A DNA stretch of 56,738 nt. Source: an uncultured Pseudomonadales bacterium. GTDB taxonomy: Bacteria > Patescibacteriota > Microgenomatia > UBA1400 > CAYNMC01. The notes under the pieces are model-generated. The model was not told the origin of the DNA. It was given only the letters and a program-made list of their open reading frames with translations, and searched no databases. The translations under genes were made by a program, and so were the position numbers. Every line of letters begins with the position of its first letter. The first letter of the stretch is position 1. Positions 52,155 to 56,738 of the stretch are shown piece by piece. The stretch covers positions 1-56,738 of the forward strand of contig CAYPXO010000005.1 of the NCBI GenBank assembly GCA_964414895.1, read 5' to 3'.

Positions 52155-53754
52155 CAGACAGACTGTCGCGGGATGTCCGAAAGCCTGCCGGCAGGCAGGG
52201 GCTACGGAGGTTTGAATCCTTACCGCGGCACAAGTTGCGATTTGTCGGGTGCGCCGCTAGGCTCGCCCATGGTTTTTGCCAAGAAAATATTATTTTTTTA
52301 TTCTTTAAAGTCAAGTCCGAGCCAATGGAAGATAAATATTGGCGTTTGGCTTTAAAGTTATTCTCTTCCCCAGCGATTTTGACTGCTAAAGCAGCCTTTT
52401 TTATAAAACTTCTATAAAGTCCGAGCCATTTGGTATTTATTGAGCTTGAACTGGCTTTGGAAAGCTTTTGTTTGATTTCTGTTTTTTGGTTAATAAGGTT
52501 GGCTTTTTTGATTAGGTAGTGTTCTTTGACTATTTCCCCTTCCAGGTGTAAATCAAGAAGTCTTTCTAGTTTGGCAGTAATCTTGAAAAGTTGTTTTTGG
52601 AGAGCTTGGCTTTGTTTTTGATAGGTTTGGTTGATTTGGTTTTCTTCTTTTTTAAGCCAAAACAAAAGCTTTTCTGCTTGTTTGTTTTTTAAAGAAACTT
52701 TTTGAATCGCTTGGTTGATTTGCTTGACCAGTTCTTTTTGAGAAGTAAAAAGTTGATTGCAGGTTTTTTGTTTTCTTTTGCCTTTTTTGGTACAGCGGTA
52801 GTAAATATAAGTTGCTGTTCTGTTGGTTCCTTTATAGTATTTGCTTTTTCTTTCTGCGGTAATAGCATAACCACACTCGCCACATTTAAAAAGATTGGTG
52901 AAGGCAAAATTATTGCCTCTTTTTTGTGGTCGGGAGCGTTTTTTAATAATACTTTGGACTTTATCAAAAAGTTTCTTGCTAACTATTGGAAGATGACTGC
53001 CTTCATAGAGTTCTTTATTGTATTTAAAAACTCCATAATAAAAAGGGTTAGCTAGCATGTTTTTAACAACATCAATAGCTAAAGGAGAATTTCCTTTGCG
53101 GTTTAAGACTTGATTTTTGGCTAAAAATAAAGAGATTTGTTCATAAGTATAGTTACCAGTGCTATAGAGTTTAAAGGCTTTTTTGATCGGTTCAAACTTT
53201 ATTGGGTCTTTGATGATGTCTCTTTGTTTGGGGTCATTGAGATAACCTGGAGGAGCCCAACCAGGAAATTCTCCTCTTTTGCATTTTTGTCTTTGGGCTC
53301 TTTTGATGTTTTCCGATAAATTATCAGAGAAATACTTTGACTGACCAAAAGCAATTTGTAAGAAAAACTTACCCTGTGGAGTCGGTTCAAACCAAAAAGT
53401 AGGAAACTTTAAAGAAGTGATTATTCCTTGATCAAGAAGATAAACAATTCTGCCTCCATCAATACTGTTTCTTGCTAGCCTGTCTGGGTGCCAAGCAACA
53501 ATACCAGAAACTCCTTCTTTCTCCATCTGTTCAAGCATAAGGTTAAAAACTGGTCTGCCTGGGACTTTGGCGGTTTGGCTCTCAGTGAATTGGTCAACAA
53601 TGAAGAGATTTTCTTTACTGGCATACTCTTTAACTTCAATAAGTTGGTCTTGAATTGAGCGGACTTGTTTGTCTTCTTCATCTGTTGATTTGCGGGCATA
53701 GAGAAAGTATTTAATTTCTTGAAGATTTTGAGATGGTTGGCTTTGGGCAGGCAT
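52126..53754 (-). CDS. large serine recombinase
   Basis: Resolvase catalytic domain (YARKSTDEE, DRLARN), recombinase domain, zinc ribbon (CGECG..YYRCTKK..C) and coiled-coil. The last ~50 codons read through IR-L, the tRNA-like remnant and the 3' end of tRNA-Tyr on the opposite strand. Confidence 0.85.
   Translation of the reverse strand: MPAQSQPSQNLQEIKYFLYARKSTDEEDKQVRSIQDQLIEVKEYASKENLFIVDQFTESQTAKVPGRPVFNLMLEQMEKEGVSGIVAWHPDRLARNSIDGGRIVYLLDQGIITSLKFPTFWFEPTPQGKFFLQIAFGQSKYFSDNLSENIKRAQRQKCKRGEFPGWAPPGYLNDPKQRDIIKDPIKFEPIKKAFKLYSTGNYTYEQISLFLAKNQVLNRKGNSPLAIDVVKNMLANPFYYGVFKYNKELYEGSHLPIVSKKLFDKVQSIIKKRSRPQKRGNNFAFTNLFKCGECGYAITAERKSKYYKGTNRTATYIYYRCTKKGKRKQKTCNQLFTSQKELVKQINQAIQKVSLKNKQAEKLLFWLKKEENQINQTYQKQSQALQKQLFKITAKLERLLDLHLEGEIVKEHYLIKKANLINQKTEIKQKLSKASSSSINTKWLGLYRSFIKKAALAVKIAGEENNFKAKRQYLSSIGSDLTLKNKKIIFSWQKPWASLAAHPTNRNLCRGKDSNLRSPCLPAGFRTSRDSLSVPGLGFAPR
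52166..52230 (+). other. tRNA-like remnant (acceptor + T-arm-like ends around a CCTGCCGGCAGGCAGG palindrome)
   Basis: GTCGCGG..GGAGGTTTGAATCCTTACCGCGGCA has acceptor pairing and a T-loop-like sequence, but no D arm and no anticodon loop. It abuts IR-L. Confidence 0.4.
52228..52283. repeat. IR-L: 56-bp inverted repeat flanking the serine recombinase
   Basis: GCACAAGTTGCGATTTGTCGGGTGCGCCGCTAGGCTCGCCCATGGTTTTTGCCAAG. 54/56 identical to the reverse complement of 54175-54230. Confidence 0.9.
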
Positions 53755-54174
53755 GAGTTTCTCCTTTCTTGGATAACTTGGTAACTAAAATGGCCGATTG
53801 GGTGCTAAGGAATCCAACGGATTCTGTTTCCCAAATCGGCCATTTAAAAATCCGTTGTTAACTCCTTAGCAACTTTAATATTGCATTTTAAAAAGAACGT
53901 GTCAAGTACGAGTGAAGCATGTTTGAAGAACGTTTGAAGCATGGACTGAGAGCAGGTGAGCAAATCAAAAGAGGCTTTTGGTCAGTCTTTAAATCTTAAG
54001 AGAATTAAATAAAATCGCTGGGCTCCGACCTAAAGTCGGAGTAAATAAAAAAATAATAAAAGATTATTTCTTGGTCTAGTTGACCCGCCAAACTACAAAG
54101 GAGATGAAGAAATAATCTTTTCCTCTTTGATGATTAAAATTGGCAGATTTATCAGTCAAATTTTAATCATCTTT

Positions 54175-54230
54175 CTTGGCAAAAACCATGGGCGCGCCTA
54201 GCGGCGCGCCCGACAAATCGCAACTTGTGC
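54175..54230. repeat. IR-R: 56-bp inverted repeat partner
   Basis: CTTGGCAAAAACCATGGGCGCGCCTAGCGGCGCGCCCGACAAATCGCAACTTGTGC. Contains the internal dyad GGGCGCGCC-TAGC-GGCGCGCCC. Confidence 0.9.
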
Positions 54231-55328
54231 ACCTTTCACAAGTATGCTCGGACTTTCTTTATCAATAAAGCTTTAGAGTGTTGATTCTGGTTGTTATTCT
54301 ATCTCAAGTTGCGATAATTCGCAAACAGGTTGGCGACATGGCGAGCCCTAGGGCTTGGTCTCTGAGAGTCTAAGGGTGAACTATGAGCAAAACTGAGGGT
54401 TTAGGGATTTTAGCTATTTTTTAATATTTCTAGCATTTTTGTTAATTTTGGCTTTTTTGCCATTTTTAGGCTTTTTCTTTATTTAGGCCATTTTGAGGGT
54501 TTAGGGGTTTTGGGAGGGTTCTGGAAGGTTTCCGGGAAGACTTCCTCTGGGAAGGGTGCTGGGAAGGGGTTGTGGTAGTCATTCTAAAAGGCTATCTAGA
54601 AACCCTTGCTGGTTAGACTAATAGGAGGTATAGGAGAGATAGGTTTGAGATTTTGCTTGTTGTTGTTGCCCGCCTCTTCGCCTCCGCTAAAGCTACGGCG
54701 AACTAGGCTGGGCAAAGAAATCCTAAACTCAAACCTTGGTGCTGCTAATGATAGGCTGTTTAACTCCAAAACTAAATACTGCTAATGAAAGGCAATACTT
54801 AATCCAAATCTCATGTTGTTAGCGCTAGGCTTCCTAGTTCCGAAAGTCTGTTCTCCTCCATGAAACTTAGTGTGAGCAACCAGAAGGCTAGTCTCATCCC
54901 ACACCGCTATCTTTTCTAACAAAGGCTATACTAACCCCATACCTTAATACTTGCTTCCGTAATCTCTAACCCCAACCGCTACACTACAAACCCGAATGGC
55001 TATCATTTCTAAAACCTCAAGATTAGACCGCCAAAACTTTGTTCTAAATTCCAGAGTTTTGGCGTTTTGCTAGACTTTGTTGTTGTTATTGCTCCTCCTT
55101 CATGTCCCCCGACTAACGTCGGGGGACAATTCAGGAGGAGTTGCCGCTTTACAAAAAGTTATTTTTATTTTATTTTTGCGGGGTCAGGAGGAAATCCTGA
55201 TAAAGGGATATAAAAGACATGTGGGAAAATAATCTGTAGTCTTAAAGGAAGTTAAACTTTCAGTAAAAGGTCTAATTTTTCGGTTTCGTCTTGAGTAAAC
55301 CGCTCTTGGAGCGGAAGAAATGAAAAAT

Positions 55329-56036
55329 TTAATCTGAAAATGCTTTTAAAAGGTTCATATAATCCCTTTCTGTAATCCCTATAAGTTTGCCTTCCTTAAT
55401 TTTTTCTAGCCATGTCCTTATCTCTCCAGCTTTTCGGCGGTGTGGCAAATATTGCCAAGCATTCTCAGGATCTTCTTTTAGTGCTCTTTGGTGCAATTGC
55501 TCGTATGTATACAATTCTCTCTCATTTTTTGTTGGGGTAATGAGTATTTTACGAGGCTTAATCTTAAATCGAAATTGTTTATAAGTAGGATCAATTGTCT
55601 GCCAATCCTCCTTTCCAACCCGAAATCTAATAATATGGTGATAATGTTTGTATCTTTCTGAAATATCTTTATCTTTTTGGGTATCCATATCAGTAGTTAT
55701 GAAACGAAATAAGGCAACTTCCATACGATTACCATATTTGTTGCGCAAAACTTCCTCTATTACCCCACAGGCGATTGTACACAAGCCCGCTCCGGTGAAT
55801 TCTCCCCCTCCACCTATTTTTGGATAAAAAAGACCTTGTTTCTGAGCTTTCTCCCATTCTTCATCATCCAAAATTCTTTGAAAACCACTTTTATCTTTTT
55901 TAGCAAAAGCTTCCAAGGCATCCAAAAAATCAACCTGTTTTGATCTGAACCAACGCTTTACCTCTAAAGAAGTTAATTTAGGTTCTTTCAAAGGAGGACT
56001 GTCTGTTGTTAAAGTTGAATCAAGAAATTCAGACAT
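55329..56036 (-). CDS. transglutaminase-like (Cys-His-Asp) domain protein
   Basis: GAGLCTIACG (Cys), KHYHHIIRF (His) and DWQTIDPTY (Asp), with spacing typical of the transglutaminase-like cysteine protease fold. Confidence 0.5.
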   Translation of the reverse strand: MSEFLDSTLTTDSPPLKEPKLTSLEVKRWFRSKQVDFLDALEAFAKKDKSGFQRILDDEEWEKAQKQGLFYPKIGGGGEFTGAGLCTIACGVIEEVLRNKYGNRMEVALFRFITTDMDTQKDKDISERYKHYHHIIRFRVGKEDWQTIDPTYKQFRFKIKPRKILITPTKNERELYTYEQLHQRALKEDPENAWQYLPHRRKAGEIRTWLEKIKEGKLIGITERDYMNLLKAFSD

Positions 56037-56357
56037 AAAATAAAATTTTGCTATCTAACAATTTTATTTTAGCAGAAAAGTTAATAGCCCGCACGGCGGC
56101 GAGAAAACTGGCACATTTGCTAGGAAAAAAAGCTCTTGAAATAATAAGTGAAAAAATTGATGAAGGTATAAAAAGGGTAAATTCGGAATTAAAAGTAAAC
56201 AGTTTCTGGGAGATTAATTTCCACCCTCAAAGGCAAAAAGATTTTTGCATCTGGGGGTGAAACGTGATGAATATGGTAAGAAAATTGCAAGAGTGACCAA
56301 GACTGGTCAAATTGCAACTTGTCCGCCAAGCTGTTCATCACGTTCCCCCGACTGAAA

Positions 56358-56720
56358 TCAGTCCATACTAACTCGAGCACTCCGAGGATTCCAAACTCTG
56401 ACCGTCCAAAGGACGGGAATCAACGGCGATTCCCCTGTCAGAAAGAAAAGCCCTTGAATTCCAGCATTATCCTCTGCGAAGGTCAAAGTGAATACCGACA
56501 GACTTTGATCCAGCCACGGGCCAGGCCCAATGAGCTGGGTCGGAGTCATTTTGTTTCTCCCGCAGAAGAAGAAAGGATATCCCTCTAAGACTGGATGTGT
56601 CTTGCGGGTGAACTTCGCAGCAGCCCATTCCTGCATTCTTTGGCGGTATTCACCACCGCTGCCCAAATCACCCAGATATTCCTCCCTGACCTTACCCCAC
56701 TTTCTTCTTAAATAACCCAT
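56358..56720 (-). CDS. hypothetical protein in a GC-richer segment
   Basis: 120-aa ORF with GGGAGG ~13 nt upstream of the ATG at the window edge. No recognisable domain. Confidence 0.3.
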   Translation of the reverse strand: MGYLRRKWGKVREEYLGDLGSGGEYRQRMQEWAAAKFTRKTHPVLEGYPFFFCGRNKMTPTQLIGPGPWLDQSLSVFTLTFAEDNAGIQGLFFLTGESPLIPVLWTVRVWNPRSARVSMD

Positions 56721-56738
56721 TAGACAAAAAAACCTCCC

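Noticed and set aside
52166-52230. A second functional tRNA downstream of tRNA-Tyr
   Set aside because: It has acceptor-like and T-loop-like ends. However, it has no D arm, and a 4-nt-loop GC palindrome sits where the anticodon arm should be. It is treated as a remnant or tRNA-like sequence.
52058-52417. 119-aa plus-strand ORF
   Set aside because: It starts inside tRNA-Tyr and runs antisense to the serine recombinase 3' end. It is an artefact of the tRNA and GC-rich repeats.

Overview
Low-GC, tightly packed bacterial sequence. Gene content and style suggest a small-genome Patescibacteria/CPR (Microgenomates-like) organism, but that is an inference only. Layout: (i) 1-15.6 kb is a co-directional minus-strand block of 15 nucleotide-salvage and dTMP genes: PNP, HD hydrolase, guaA, a PRTase, guaB, add, an NDT-tmk fusion, a split tdk-like gene, a HAD nucleotidase-like gene, dNK, glyA, NDT-like, ThyX-like, a degenerate IS200/RAYT-like gene and dcd. 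(ii) 15.7-28.2 kb is housekeeping: a membrane-anchored Clp-type AAA+ gene split by a 238-bp tandem duplication, topA, dprA, PBP2 and mreDCB. (iii) 28.3-36.4 kb is a cell-surface module: two paralogous secreted repeat proteins with dockerin-like tails, two cohesin-like proteins, an O-antigen-ligase/TPR protein and a GT-C-like membrane protein. (iv) 37.4-40.6 kb holds nadD, nadE, L28 and an M50 protease. (v) 40.7-48.9 kb is an accessory island: an IS66-family element with a target duplication, TA modules (DUF2283 pair, HepT/MNT, HicAB, BrnTA), a four-helix-bundle (Avd/IVS-type) gene and a GC-rich secreted-protein gene. Four direct copies of an ~80-bp structured repeat divide this island into cassettes. 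(vi) 48.9-56.7 kb holds a VIT iron transporter, a PP-loop ATPase, tRNA-Thr and tRNA-Tyr, a large serine recombinase bracketed by 56-bp inverted repeats, and a ~1.5-kb ORF-free structured region. Throughout the window, short palindromic or 7-bp-periodic hairpin elements sit between genes and also in frame inside essential genes (topA, PBP2, nadE, ThyX-like, O-antigen ligase and others). The best candidates for something new are the non-canonical cassette-delimiting repeat array and the inverted-repeat-flanked serine recombinase module. No rRNA or CRISPR array was seen.
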